A stretch of 64,000 nucleotides of DNA from an uncultured Bacilli bacterium (GCA_934102055.1 CAKOSE010000001.1:53740-117739); one strand, 5' to 3'; counted from the stretch's first letter, positions 38,994-49,606 are shown. Program-made: numbers and translations. Notes: generated by a model from the sequence alone, not told the origin.

Positions 38994-39632
38994 TTAACAT
39001 CTTGTAAAAAGTTTAATCAGCATAGGATCTATAAATACTTTTGCCAAGGATATTACTATTACAAAAATAAAAGCAACAATTAAAATTTTTATATATTTTT
39101 CTATTTCTTTTTTTATATTTATTTCTTGTTTAGAGAAGCAAACAAGTATTATTTTATAAGATATTTTGATAGCTAAGAATGTTATTATAAATAGCATAAC
39201 TAAATAACAGGCTTTTGATAAAAATAAATAACATATACTAGCTATTATTCCTTTTATACTATAAATATTAAAGATACTAGCGAGTGCTAATCCTATACTG
39301 AAAATTTCACAAAAATAAATGAAAATACATGCAAGAACTCCTATTACACTTATGCCTAATATCCATATTAAAAATATGTTATAGGTATTACTTAAAATAT
39401 TTTTTTTGATTTCATTTAAATAGTTTATATTGGTTTTTATAGTAAAATAATTATTTATAGAAGAGTTAACTGTTTCTTTATCTGCTGATGACATAAGATA
39501 ATAAAAGATTATTCCTATTATTAAAGTAATGATAGAAAATGATATAATAAATAAGAATAGATTTTTTGATGTTAGTTTTATTTTATTTAATTTTATTCTT
39601 TTGAAATTTTTATTTTTTAAATTCATTTTCAT
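38994..39632 (-). CDS. spoIIM: Stage II sporulation protein M-like membrane protein
   Basis: About 210 aa, multi-TM. Position near xerD/deoB matches the Bacillus ripX-fur-spoIIM neighbourhood. Confidence 0.45.
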   Translation of the reverse strand: MKMNLKNKNFKRIKLNKIKLTSKNLFLFIISFSIITLIIGIIFYYLMSSADKETVNSSINNYFTIKTNINYLNEIKKNILSNTYNIFLIWILGISVIGVLACIFIYFCEIFSIGLALASIFNIYSIKGIIASICYLFLSKACYLVMLFIITFLAIKISYKIILVCFSKQEINIKKEIEKYIKILIVAFIFVIVISLAKVFIDPMLIKLFTRC

Positions 39633-39705
39633 AGTATCACCACTAAATTATATTTGTTATTTGTTATAAATAATATTATTTTGATACTACAATTTTCTAG
39701 TAATA

Positions 39706-39734
39706 TTGACTAGTTTTTCTCTATTTGATATAAT
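39706..39734 (+). promoter_or_regulatory. Sigma-A promoter TTGACT-17-TATAAT
   Basis: ttgact at 39706-39711, tataat at 39729-39734. Confidence 0.5.
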
Positions 39735-39756
39735 TAACTCATCTGGAGGGATAGAT

Positions 39757-39852
39757 GTGAATAAAAAATTTCAAAAAATAGTTATATTTATTATGTTATT
39801 TGGACTTCTTGGTTCATCTTTAGCAGTTTCTATATTATATTTACTTGGATAA
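39757..39852 (+). CDS. Possible 31-aa hydrophobic micropeptide (MNKKFQKIVIFIMLFGLLGSSLAVSILYLLG)
   Basis: GTG start 7 nt after a GGAGGG SD. Single TM. Immediately downstream of a consensus promoter and upstream of the UPF0316 gene. Confidence 0.25.
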   Translation: MNKKFQKIVIFIMLFGLLGSSLAVSILYLLG

Positions 39853-39896
39853 TTATTATTTTCAAAAAATATGTTCATACTAATTATGGTGATTGT

Positions 39897-40418
39897 ATGA
39901 GCATTTTATTTTTATGCATTAAAATTTTTTTTACTAGGATTATTGATGTTACTTTAGGGACTCTTAGGACTATTATTACTATTAAGGATAAGGATTTGTT
40001 AGCGAGTGTTATAGGTTTTTTTGAGGTGCTTGTTTGGTTTTTTGTTGCAAAAGAGGCACTTGATTCATCATCTGGGGGTGTTCTTATTGGTATTTGTTAT
40101 GCATTAGGTTTTGCATGTGGTACATATATTGGAGGTATACTTTCTAAGAAGATATTAAAAGGTAATTTAACTGTTCAGGTAATTACTACTAAGGCTACTC
40201 CGTTATGGCTTTCAACGTTAAGAGAAGCTGGTTTTGCTGTTTCAGTAATGGATATAAATCAAAGGAAAGATAAGCCTGATAAATATATGTTTTTTATAGA
40301 GATAAATAAGAATGACTTTAATAAGTTATATAGAATTATTAAAAAGTTTGATCAGGAAGCATTTATAGTGGTAAATGAAAGTAAAACTGTTATAAATGGA
40401 TATTTTCAAAGTAAGTAG
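39897..40418 (+). CDS. UPF0316/DUF2179 family membrane protein
   Basis: Matches the Bacillus UPF0316 family (RTIITIKDK...VLIGICYALGFACGTYIGG). Confidence 0.65.
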   Translation: MSILFLCIKIFFTRIIDVTLGTLRTIITIKDKDLLASVIGFFEVLVWFFVAKEALDSSSGGVLIGICYALGFACGTYIGGILSKKILKGNLTVQVITTKATPLWLSTLREAGFAVSVMDINQRKDKPDKYMFFIEINKNDFNKLYRIIKKFDQEAFIVVNESKTVINGYFQSK

Positions 40419-40490
40419 AAATAACATTCGATAAAAGAGTTACAATTAAATATAAAAAGAGAGAGGTTATTTTTTTTGTTTTTAACTACT

Positions 40491-41897
40491 CTACTCTTTT
40501 TTATTTTTGCTAATAATTTTACATTTGAAATAAAAGCATGTTCCTTTGTTGGGAGAGGAATCTATTCCATATTTAAATTTGTGATCTTCTAGTATTTCTT
40601 TTACTATTGAAAGCCCTAATCCTGTTCCTACGACTGTTCTTCTATGTCTTTTGTTGATTCTAAAATATTTATTCCATACTAGTTTTTTATCTTCATCAGA
40701 GATTCCTTTTCCTGTATCTATGATATTTATTCTAAGTATTTTATTATTTTCTTCTTGAAAAGTAATTTTTATTTTTTTATCTTCACCGGTATAATTTATT
40801 GCATTATTTATAAGATTATATATAACTCTTTCTATTGATTTTCTGTCTGCAGATATGACATAGTTTTCTGTTTCATTAAATTCAAAAATATAACCATCAT
40901 TTTTATAAATTGCAAATCTTTCAAGTATTGTTTCTATTTCTTCTTTAATATTTATATTTTCAAGTTTTAGTTCTTGTTTGTTGTTTTCGAGTTTGGAAAG
41001 AAGTAATATATCGTTTACTAACATATTAAGGCGTTCTGCTTCATCTATAATGATATTGAGATCTCTTTCTCTTTTTTCTTTGTTGTTATAGTTTAAATCT
41101 CTAGCAGATGCTGCATAAGCTTCGATCATTGTAAGTGGGGTTTTTAAATCGTGACTTACATTTGCTAAGAATTCTTTTCTAAGTTCTTCTGTTTTGCTAA
41201 GTTCTTTTGCGGCATCATTAAGTGTATCAGCAAGTTCTTTTAATTCTAGCACTTCTGTTTCGCATAAAAACTTAATGTTTGTATTTTTATTTGCTAGTTT
41301 TTTTGCTTCATTGTTTATTTTTACTATTGGATCTGCTATTCTTCTTGCAAAATAATAAGATATTATAAAAGATAAAAATAGTAGTATAAATGTTACGTAT
41401 AGGAATTGTCCTTTTAAAAGGCTTATACTTTTGTCCATAGGTTCAAGAGAAGAATTGGCAAAAACATAAATATCATTGTTTAGTTTTTTTCCATAAACAA
41501 GGGATTTGTTATTGTATCTGGTGTTTATAAATTCAACTTTTAAATATTTTTTATTACTATTAATAAAGTTGTTTGTTATTACTGATAAAGCTCTATTATC
41601 CTTGCCTGCACAATGTTTATAATTGTCAGAATAAAAAACTAGTTTATCTTTGCTTATTATTTGAATACATACTTCGTTATCTAAAGATAATTCATTGAAA
41701 ATTTCAGTTTTATCTTCACTTTGAATATTGTTTTCAATAGAGGATACGGTTTGTTCTAAATTTTTTGTTTGACTTATCTTATAATATGTATTGAAAAATA
41801 CTATTTGAAAGAAATATAAAAAACCTAGCATAATAGAAGAAAATATTAGGAAATATATGAATAAATTAGCACGTAGGCTTCTAGTCTTTAATTTCAA
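40491..41897 (-). CDS. Sensor histidine kinase
   Basis: 2 TMs flanking an extracellular domain of about 130 aa. HisKA H-box NVSHDLKTP. HATPase_c (GTGLGLSIV). Confidence 0.8.
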   Translation of the reverse strand: MKLKTRSLRANLFIYFLIFSSIMLGFLYFFQIVFFNTYYKISQTKNLEQTVSSIENNIQSEDKTEIFNELSLDNEVCIQIISKDKLVFYSDNYKHCAGKDNRALSVITNNFINSNKKYLKVEFINTRYNNKSLVYGKKLNNDIYVFANSSLEPMDKSISLLKGQFLYVTFILLFLSFIISYYFARRIADPIVKINNEAKKLANKNTNIKFLCETEVLELKELADTLNDAAKELSKTEELRKEFLANVSHDLKTPLTMIEAYAASARDLNYNNKEKRERDLNIIIDEAERLNMLVNDILLLSKLENNKQELKLENINIKEEIETILERFAIYKNDGYIFEFNETENYVISADRKSIERVIYNLINNAINYTGEDKKIKITFQEENNKILRINIIDTGKGISDEDKKLVWNKYFRINKRHRRTVVGTGLGLSIVKEILEDHKFKYGIDSSPNKGTCFYFKCKIISKNKKE

Positions 41898-42546
41898 ATT
41901 TATACCCCACGGCTCTTACTGTTTTTATAAGATTTCTATATTCTCCTAGATTATTTCTAAGCATTTTTATATGTGTATCTATTGTTCTATCGTCACCATA
42001 AAAATCATAACCCCAAACTTTACTTAGTAATTGTTCTCTTGTAAGGGCAACATTTTTATTATCAATAAAGTATGTTAAAAGATTATATTCTTTTGGTGTT
42101 AGTAAAATTTCTTTTTCATTGATAAAAACACTATGACCTACTCTATCGACTTTTAAATTTTTGTAAATGAATTCATCACTATCTTTTTGGTGATTTCTTT
42201 TTAAAATTGCTTTTATTCTGGCCATTAATTCTTTGGGAGAAAATGGTTTTGTCATGTAATCATCTACTCCTAAGTCGAAACCAAGTAATTTATCTGCTTC
42301 TTCACTTCTGGCAGATAGTACAATAGTAGGAATATTTTTTATATCTTTTATTTGTCTATAAGAAGAATATCCGTCTAGTTTTGGCATCATTAAATCGAGA
42401 ATTATTATATCATAATCATTTTCCTTTACTTTTTCAATGGCCTCTAAACCGTCTCCGGCTTCATCAGTTATATAACCGTCGTTGTGACAATAGTCAACAA
42501 TTATATTTCTTATTAATTCTTCATCATCTACTACTAAAACTTTCAT
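41881..42546 (-). CDS. OmpR-family response regulator
   Basis: Receiver domain (VLVVDDE...DLMMP) plus a winged-helix C-terminal domain. 17-nt overlap with the kinase gene. Confidence 0.85.
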   Translation of the reverse strand: MKVLVVDDEELIRNIIVDYCHNDGYITDEAGDGLEAIEKVKENDYDIIILDLMMPKLDGYSSYRQIKDIKNIPTIVLSARSEEADKLLGFDLGVDDYMTKPFSPKELMARIKAILKRNHQKDSDEFIYKNLKVDRVGHSVFINEKEILLTPKEYNLLTYFIDNKNVALTREQLLSKVWGYDFYGDDRTIDTHIKMLRNNLGEYRNLIKTVRAVGYKFEIKD

Positions 42547-42866
42547 TTGAGTTACCTCCTTAAAGTAATTATATCACATTATAGAAAAAAGACCTAAAGT
42601 CTTTTGGGTTTTTAAAATTGAAAGAGGTAAAGTAAATATATTTGATATGGATTTGGTTTATTTTGGTTAAGGTTTGTAATAACATAGGAACAATAAGTTC
42701 CTTATAAACTATTGTTTATTATATAAAAAATAAAAGTGAAAACTAATTATAAAAACCTCTTTCATGTATAATTATAGATAGTGGATATGGTATTTATAAG
42801 TTAGAAATGTGAAAATTTAGTGAAAAGATTAGTTTTTTCGTTATAATAATTAAAGAGCAGCGTTTG

Positions 42867-43847
42867 CTACTCTTTTTCTGATTCTTTTAACATATTAGTA
42901 ATTAGTATTCCATAACCTTTATGGGGATTATCTACTACTACGTGTGTTACTGCTCCTACTAGTTTGTTATCTTGGATGATTGGTGAGCCACTCATGCCTT
43001 GAACTATACCGTTTCCTTTGGATAATAAGGCTTCGTCTGTTACTTCAAATAGTATATTTTTAGTTTTGTGATTTTTATCTATACTTAAGATGTTAATTTC
43101 AAAATTTTCTTTATTTTGTCCTTTAATTACTGTTTTAATGTAGGCTTTTCCTGTTCTTATGTTATTAGATATGGGCATTAAATCTTTTTCGTTGTATTTT
43201 CTGCTATAAGTACCATATATGCCAGTTTGATCGTTTTTATCTATTGTTCCATATATATTATTTTCGTCATAGATAGCATTTTTTTCTCCAACTGTTCCTC
43301 TTTGTGCTTTTTCTATACCTGTTACGTTAGAAGAGAAGATTTTTCCATCTTTAATTTCAAACTTTGTCATTGTTGTTTGATCTTGAATTTCATGGCCTAA
43401 TGCTCCAAATCTGTTAGTAGTTGGGTCAATAAAGGTAAGTGTTCCTATCCCTACTATGCTATCTTTTACATATAAACCAGTTTTATAAACGTTATTATCT
43501 TTTATTAATTTAAGTGTTGTTTCATTTACTTTATTTTTACGTTTATAAGTTATTTTTAGAGATTTTTTATTATTAAAATGATCTGATAGATCAGTTATCC
43601 CATGAATAACAGTGTCATCTACCTTAATAATAGTATCTCCGATTTTAAGACCTGAAGCTCTTCCTGGTGATGAACCTCCTACATTATAGAAGCCTACAAC
43701 GAGTACTCCACTTGATTTTACTTCTATTCCTACGTTTTCTCCTCCGGGTATTACACTATTTGAATAAGCATATGCAGTAAATGGTATACTAAGTATAGTT
43801 AAGAAAAGAATCATCAATAGTTTGTTTTTAAAATTTTTAAAAATCAT
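42867..43847 (-). CDS. spoIVB: SpoIVB peptidase (S55)
   Basis: Signal/TM, PDZ domain, catalytic GMSGSP serine motif. Confidence 0.8.
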   Translation of the reverse strand: MIFKNFKNKLLMILFLTILSIPFTAYAYSNSVIPGGENVGIEVKSSGVLVVGFYNVGGSSPGRASGLKIGDTIIKVDDTVIHGITDLSDHFNNKKSLKITYKRKNKVNETTLKLIKDNNVYKTGLYVKDSIVGIGTLTFIDPTTNRFGALGHEIQDQTTMTKFEIKDGKIFSSNVTGIEKAQRGTVGEKNAIYDENNIYGTIDKNDQTGIYGTYSRKYNEKDLMPISNNIRTGKAYIKTVIKGQNKENFEINILSIDKNHKTKNILFEVTDEALLSKGNGIVQGMSGSPIIQDNKLVGAVTHVVVDNPHKGYGILITNMLKESEKE

Positions 43848-43916
43848 TTTACCAACTCCTTAAACAAACTACATTATTATTATCTACAAAATAGGACAAT
43901 TTATTTTATATAAAAA

Positions 43917-43950
43917 TTGGAAGAAAAAAAGCATTAGTTTTGCTTTTTAG
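43917..43950 (-). terminator. Terminator at the end of the glycopolymer cluster
   Basis: Minus-strand hairpin AAAGCA(aaactaa)TGCTTT, then a T7 run. The stop codon sits in the loop. Confidence 0.45.
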
Positions 43951-46699
43951 AATTAATAAACATATGTATAGAAAGAATAATTCCTCTATTTTTTATGTTT
44001 AGTAGGTTTCTTTTTAATCTCCATATAATGCTTTTTTGATCTTTAGAGTTATCTATATTACAAATTGGTTCATATTTTAAGCTTTTATCTAAAATATCTA
44101 TATATTTTTTGTATAAAATTCCAACTTCGTAATAATTTTTTCTAAGCTTTTCATCATTAGTTACTAGGTTAATTATTGTATCTAATTCTTCCAACTTTTG
44201 ATTGTCTGTATTTTGATTTTTATTATTTTTTTCTGTATTTGTTAAGGTGTTGTTGATTGCTAGAAAACTATATTTTTTTGATAAATTAATATATAATAAT
44301 ATATCATTTTGGTAACATTCTTCTTCTGTAAATGCTTCTTTTTTAATCATTACTGTTGATAAGTTTATATAACAATTTTTTATTAGTTCTTTAGAGCATT
44401 TTCCATTAAAAATACTAGTATTTATTTCTTTTGGAGTGTTTTCTTCGACGATGTTATAATTTGTATGAGAAAAGGTTTTATCGTCTCTTAGCATTTCTGT
44501 TAATTGGATTAATAACTTGTCTTTATGAAATGTGCTGTTTGAATCTAAAAATGATATATAATCTCCGGTTATATCTTTTATGCATTTAAGAGTTAGTTCT
44601 TGTTTATTTTTGGGTTCTTTAAATTGAAAATATTTTATTTTTTTATTATTTTTAATGTATTCTAAAAGTTTAGTATTGTCCTCGATATAATTATTATCTA
44701 TTACGATTAGTTCCCAATTAGTAAAACTTTGTTGTTCTACTGATTTTATTGATTGTATTGTTTTTTCTATATCATCATCGCAAAAAAGAATTATAGATAT
44801 TTTAAATTTTTCAAGTTCATTTTTAACGTGTTTTTCTATATATTTGATGGCTCCTTCATAGTTTGTTTTTCTAAGAGAAGTTTGAAAACTAATATCAAAT
44901 TTTAAACTTGTTCCTCTATATTTTTCTTTTATTTCTATAGGAATGTCTTCATATATTTTTATCCATAATTTATTACATTCTGGTATGGTGTTTTTATTTT
45001 TTTGTGTATCTTGATTTTCATGAACTCTATATTTGGCTAGAGGTTTATCTACATGATAAAATTTATATTTATATAAAATTTTATTCCAATATTCATAGTC
45101 TTGAGTTGTTTTATATTTTGTTTCAAATAAACCGTTTTCATCAAAGACTTTTTTTGGTATTAAAAGGGTTATACCATTTATGTTTCCGTTTATTACGGAG
45201 TATTTATCTTGTTTTATTAAGTCTCTGTGCCAGCGGATGGAACTTCTATAAATTATGCCATCTTTGTCCATTACATCGTTATCTGAATATAAAATTATAT
45301 TTTTGTCTTTTTCTTTTGCTAGATATTTTATTTGGTCTTCAATTTTTGTTTTATAATACATATCATCATGAGAGAGCCAAGAGAAGTATTCCCCTTTCAT
45401 GCTTTTTATTGCAGTATTAAGTGCTGATGCAACTCCCCCATTTTTCTTTTTTATGTATTTTATCTTGTCTTTGTATGATTTTATTATTTCATGTGTTTTA
45501 TCAGTACTTCCATCGTTAACTACTATTATTTCTATATTTTTATATGTTTGGTTAAGTGCACTATCTATTGCTTCTTTAACATAGTTTTCCCCATTATAGA
45601 CAGGGATTATTATGCTGACTAAGGGATTAAATACTTCATTTTCTTTTTTTGGATGATAGTTTTCTATAAAGTATTTAGTGCTTACGATTAGATTATCATA
45701 ATTTTTATAATTAAAGTTTGAATTATCGAAAAAGTATGAATGATATAAAGAGTGTTTATATACTTCGAGTAGATCTTTACTTATTTTTTCTAGACCATTT
45801 CTAAAATGATTTGTAAATTCTATTTTTTCTTCTTCTGTTTTTAATTTTTTAACTGAAGCGAAGAAAAATGTCAAGCAGTTGTTATAGAAAAATATTCTTG
45901 AAAATTCTTCATTTTTCTTATAAAAATACTTCATTGTTTCTATTACAGAATCCAGAGTTCCTAAGTATGAATCAAGGGTCTTACAAGATGATAATTGTGT
46001 TTGAGGATGCATTCTGTAGTATTTAAATAAATTAGGGATATATATTATTTTTTGAGATTCTTCGATGATTGGCAAAATAGCCATTAAATCATTTGCGTGT
46101 TTTCCTTTGTAAGGATGTTTTTGTAATAGTTCTTTTTTTATTATTTTGTTTGAACTCGAAGCACAAGCCCAGTGTCCCATTAAAACTTGTTTTTTTAGTT
46201 CGTGAATAGAATCTGTGTTTTTTTCTATGCTCATGGTGCTAGTATAGATATTATCTTCATAAATGGAAGCTTTTTTTATTTTTTTCTCATTATGATAAAT
46301 TGCAATATCTGATACTACAATATCTGCATTTGTTTTTAAAGCTTGATATAACATTTTTTTATAGAAGTTTTTATCTACAAAATCATCAGAGCTTTGTACT
46401 CCAATATAGGTTCCCCTAGCCTTACTAATTCCTTTTTCTAGAGTTTTAGGGCATCCTAAATTTTTTTTATTTTTGAAAATTCTTATTAGTTTTTTATATT
46501 TTTTATTTTGATTTTTCCATTTTCTTACTTTAGATAGGGATTTGTCAGTAGAACCGTCATCTATTACTATTATTTCTACGTTCCCTTTTATTCCTTTTGT
46601 AATACTATTTAAACACTCTTCTATATATTCCTCATGATTATACATTGGAATTACTATGCTTAGATCTTTCATATTTCTCTCCTTGTTTATTTTTTCCAT
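43934..46699 (-). CDS. Glycosyltransferase with three GT2 domains (921 aa)
   Basis: Three separate GT2 signatures: SIVIPMYN...VIDDGSTD; SIIIPVYN...VVNDGSTD; ISIILFCDD...IVIDN. Confidence 0.7.
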   Translation of the reverse strand: MEKINKERNMKDLSIVIPMYNHEEYIEECLNSITKGIKGNVEIIVIDDGSTDKSLSKVRKWKNQNKKYKKLIRIFKNKKNLGCPKTLEKGISKARGTYIGVQSSDDFVDKNFYKKMLYQALKTNADIVVSDIAIYHNEKKIKKASIYEDNIYTSTMSIEKNTDSIHELKKQVLMGHWACASSSNKIIKKELLQKHPYKGKHANDLMAILPIIEESQKIIYIPNLFKYYRMHPQTQLSSCKTLDSYLGTLDSVIETMKYFYKKNEEFSRIFFYNNCLTFFFASVKKLKTEEEKIEFTNHFRNGLEKISKDLLEVYKHSLYHSYFFDNSNFNYKNYDNLIVSTKYFIENYHPKKENEVFNPLVSIIIPVYNGENYVKEAIDSALNQTYKNIEIIVVNDGSTDKTHEIIKSYKDKIKYIKKKNGGVASALNTAIKSMKGEYFSWLSHDDMYYKTKIEDQIKYLAKEKDKNIILYSDNDVMDKDGIIYRSSIRWHRDLIKQDKYSVINGNINGITLLIPKKVFDENGLFETKYKTTQDYEYWNKILYKYKFYHVDKPLAKYRVHENQDTQKNKNTIPECNKLWIKIYEDIPIEIKEKYRGTSLKFDISFQTSLRKTNYEGAIKYIEKHVKNELEKFKISIILFCDDDIEKTIQSIKSVEQQSFTNWELIVIDNNYIEDNTKLLEYIKNNKKIKYFQFKEPKNKQELTLKCIKDITGDYISFLDSNSTFHKDKLLIQLTEMLRDDKTFSHTNYNIVEENTPKEINTSIFNGKCSKELIKNCYINLSTVMIKKEAFTEEECYQNDILLYINLSKKYSFLAINNTLTNTEKNNKNQNTDNQKLEELDTIINLVTNDEKLRKNYYEVGILYKKYIDILDKSLKYEPICNIDNSKDQKSIIWRLKRNLLNIKNRGIILSIHMFINSKKQN

Positions 46700-47793
46700 A
46701 TATTTTTATTGATATAGCTTGTGTAACTAATAATAATATTTAGAACAATATCTGATATATTATCTTTATCGTAGTCTTCTACTACATGACTTTTTTTAAC
46801 TCTTGATGTTGTTATGTCAATTGCGTTTATCATGGATTCTTTATCTAAATCACTCATTATTAAAGTACCAAAATCCATTCCTTCTGGTCTTTCATGGGCT
46901 TCTCTTATTGTGATTGCTGGGAAACCTAAAAGAGAAGACTCTTCGGTTATAGTGCCACTATCGGATATAACACAAAAAGCATTTTTTTGAAGTTTGTTAT
47001 ACTCGAAAAATCCTAGTGGTTTCATATAAATAATATTATCTTCGAATTTGAAGTTTAATTTTTCTATTTTTTTTCTAGTTCTAGGATGGACACTAAAAAC
47101 AATTTTTTTCTTGTACTTTTTGCTTATTTCGTTTAAGGAATTTAAAAATTTAGAAAAGTTTTTATCATTATCTATGTTTTCTTCTCTATGAGCACTTACA
47201 ACAAAATAATTGTTTTTTTCTAGGTTTAGTTCTTCTAATATTGTACTACTGTCTATTTGATTTTTATAAGTGTTATATACTTCTTTCATGCTAGAACCTA
47301 TTTTAAACACCATTTCTGGTTTTAGACCTTCGTTTAATAGATATCTTCTGGCATGTTCTGTTATTGTCATATTTATGTCGCTTAAGTGATCTACTATTTT
47401 TCTATTAATTTCTTCTGGAACTCTTTGATCGAAACATCTATTTCCTGCTTCCATATGAAAAATAGGAATTTTATTTCTTTTTGCAGATATGACTGATAGA
47501 CAGGAATTGGTATCGCCATATAATAAAATTGCATCTGGTTTTTCTTTTTTTATTATTTCATCTGATAATTTTATAACATTACCAATTGTTTCTGCGGGAG
47601 TAGTTCCTGCAGCATTCATATATATATCAGGTTCTCTTAAATTTAGTTCTTCGAAGAAGATCTTATTTAATTCATAATCATAATTTTGCCCAGTATGAAC
47701 TAATATATGATTAGTAAATTGATCTAGTTTTTTTATAGTACAAGAAAGTTTTATTATTTCAGGTCTTGTACCTACTATTGTTATAACTTTCAT
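46687..47793 (-). CDS. wecB: UDP-N-acetylglucosamine 2-epimerase (non-hydrolysing, WecB/FnlC-like)
   Basis: VITIVGTRPEIIKL N-terminus. 368 aa. Confidence 0.8.
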   Translation of the reverse strand: MKVITIVGTRPEIIKLSCTIKKLDQFTNHILVHTGQNYDYELNKIFFEELNLREPDIYMNAAGTTPAETIGNVIKLSDEIIKKEKPDAILLYGDTNSCLSVISAKRNKIPIFHMEAGNRCFDQRVPEEINRKIVDHLSDINMTITEHARRYLLNEGLKPEMVFKIGSSMKEVYNTYKNQIDSSTILEELNLEKNNYFVVSAHREENIDNDKNFSKFLNSLNEISKKYKKKIVFSVHPRTRKKIEKLNFKFEDNIIYMKPLGFFEYNKLQKNAFCVISDSGTITEESSLLGFPAITIREAHERPEGMDFGTLIMSDLDKESMINAIDITTSRVKKSHVVEDYDKDNISDIVLNIIISYTSYINKNIWKK

Positions 47794-47794
47794 C

Positions 47795-48613
47795 TTATTC
47801 CTCCTTATTTAAAAGCATCCATTCATGCATTTCTTTTACCATAACTTCGTATGATGGAATTTTAAATTTATAGGTACTAGTATTTATGAAGCTTTTATCA
47901 CACGTGACATCTTTAAAAGGAATAATATCAATATCTTTGTTAAATTCTTTTTTAAATAAATTGAGCAAATCATACTTACTTATTTTTTTATTGTTTGTTA
48001 CATGATATAAACCACTTAAATTATCTATAATTGCTTTTTCTATACTTTTAGATAATTCTAAGGTTGTTACTCCAGACCAAAAAACGTTCTTATAACCATT
48101 CACACTTTTACTACTTTCCATGAACCATTTGAATAATCCTATTCCATTTTTATTGTTATCTGGTCCAATTATGGAAGTTCTTAAAGTTAAATTATAATTA
48201 TTGTTTATTTCTCCTAAAGATTTGGTCATTCCGTAAAAGCTTTTTGCATCTTTTATGTCATTTTCTTTGTAGGAACCTTTAGTACCTTCGAAAACACAAT
48301 CTGTTGAAATGTGAATAAATTTGATATTTCTTTTTTGGCATAGTTCATCCATATAATGAGGAAAATAACTATTTATAAAAATAGCATCTTTTTTATTGTC
48401 TTCAGTATTTTTGTTTAAAATGCCTATACAATTTATTATATGAGTTGGTTTAAAGTCTTTGATAATGGTGTTTATTTTATCTATTTCTAAAGCATCATAG
48501 ATATAATCTCCATTTTTTCTATCTGTACCTTTTGCTATGTAGCCTTTACTTTTGAAATAATTTTTAACTACATGACCAAGCATTCCTTTTTCTCCGATTA
48601 CTAATATTTTCAT
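47795..48613 (-). CDS. RmlD-like sugar-nucleotide 4-reductase (WbvR-type)
   Basis: MKILVIGEKGMLG Rossmann, YxxxK (FYGMTKSLGE). 272 aa, paired with the FnlA-like and WecB-like genes. Confidence 0.6.
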   Translation of the reverse strand: MKILVIGEKGMLGHVVKNYFKSKGYIAKGTDRKNGDYIYDALEIDKINTIIKDFKPTHIINCIGILNKNTEDNKKDAIFINSYFPHYMDELCQKRNIKFIHISTDCVFEGTKGSYKENDIKDAKSFYGMTKSLGEINNNYNLTLRTSIIGPDNNKNGIGLFKWFMESSKSVNGYKNVFWSGVTTLELSKSIEKAIIDNLSGLYHVTNNKKISKYDLLNLFKKEFNKDIDIIPFKDVTCDKSFINTSTYKFKIPSYEVMVKEMHEWMLLNKEE

Positions 48614-48614
48614 T

Positions 48615-49606
48615 TTAACTCTCCATTTTTTTTAATAATTCTATAACTTCATCTACATTAAGTAATTTTGTGTTTTTTGAAGTGTATGCTTTATGCTCTT
48701 TGATTTTACCGTTACCATTTTTATAAAAATTGTTATAGTTTAAGTTTCTGTTGTCTATGGGAATTCTGTAAAAATGCCCCATGTCTTCTGCTCTTGAAAT
48801 TTCTTCTGCGGTTACTAAAACTTCATGTTTTTTTTCTCCGTGTCTTGTTCCTATTATTTTGGTGCCAACTTTACTGTTTTTATATTTTAATATAGCTTTT
48901 GCTAGAGTGTCAATTGTGGCAGCTGGTGCTTTTTGGACGAATAAATCACCTTGTTTGCCATTTTCAAATGCAAATAGAACTAAATCTACTGCATCTTTTA
49001 AGGTCATCATATATCTTGTCATACTAGGATCGGTAATAGTTAAAACTTTTTTATTTTCTACTAATTCATAGAATAATGGAATAACAGAACCACGTGATCC
49101 CATAACATTTCCATATCTGGTTAAACAAATAGTAGTTTTTGAATCATTACCTAGTTCTCTTGCTTTAGAGACTGCTATTTTTTCCATCATGGCTTTACTT
49201 ATTCCCATGGCATTTATAGGATATGCAGCTTTATCTGTGCTTAAACATATTATTTTTTCTACATTGTTTTCAATTGCTGTGCTTAAAACGTTATCGGTAC
49301 CTAAAACATTGGTTTTAACTGCTTCGATAGGAAAAAACTCACAAGATGGTACTTGCTTTAAAGCTGCAGCATGGAATATGTAGTTAACACCTTTCATGAC
49401 ACTATTTAAAGAGGCCTTATCTCTAACGTCTCCTATATAGAATTTTAATTTATCAGAATTATATTGTTTCTTAAATCGTCTTGTTTTTTTTCGTCTCTAG
49501 AAAAGATTCTTATTTCTTTTATATCGGAATTTAAAAATTTTTTTAGAACTTCATTACCAAAAGAACCAGTTCCTCCGGTTATTAATAATATTTTATCTTT
49601 GAACAT
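48615..49606 (-). pseudogene. FnlA/CapD-like UDP-GlcNAc 4,6-dehydratase/5-epimerase, disrupted by a -1 frameshift
   Basis: N-terminal fragment 49445-49606 (MFKDKILLITGGTGSFG..., RBS AAGGAGGG) stops after 53 aa. The remaining reading frame continues in the -1 frame. The junction is at a short A/T run near 49466-49470 (LR|KQYNSDKLKFYIGDVRD). Confidence 0.6.

Noticed and set aside
45004-45584. Plus-strand ORFs of 138 and 61 aa inside the tri-GT2 gene
   Set aside because: They are antisense shadow ORFs within a long, well-supported minus-strand CDS.
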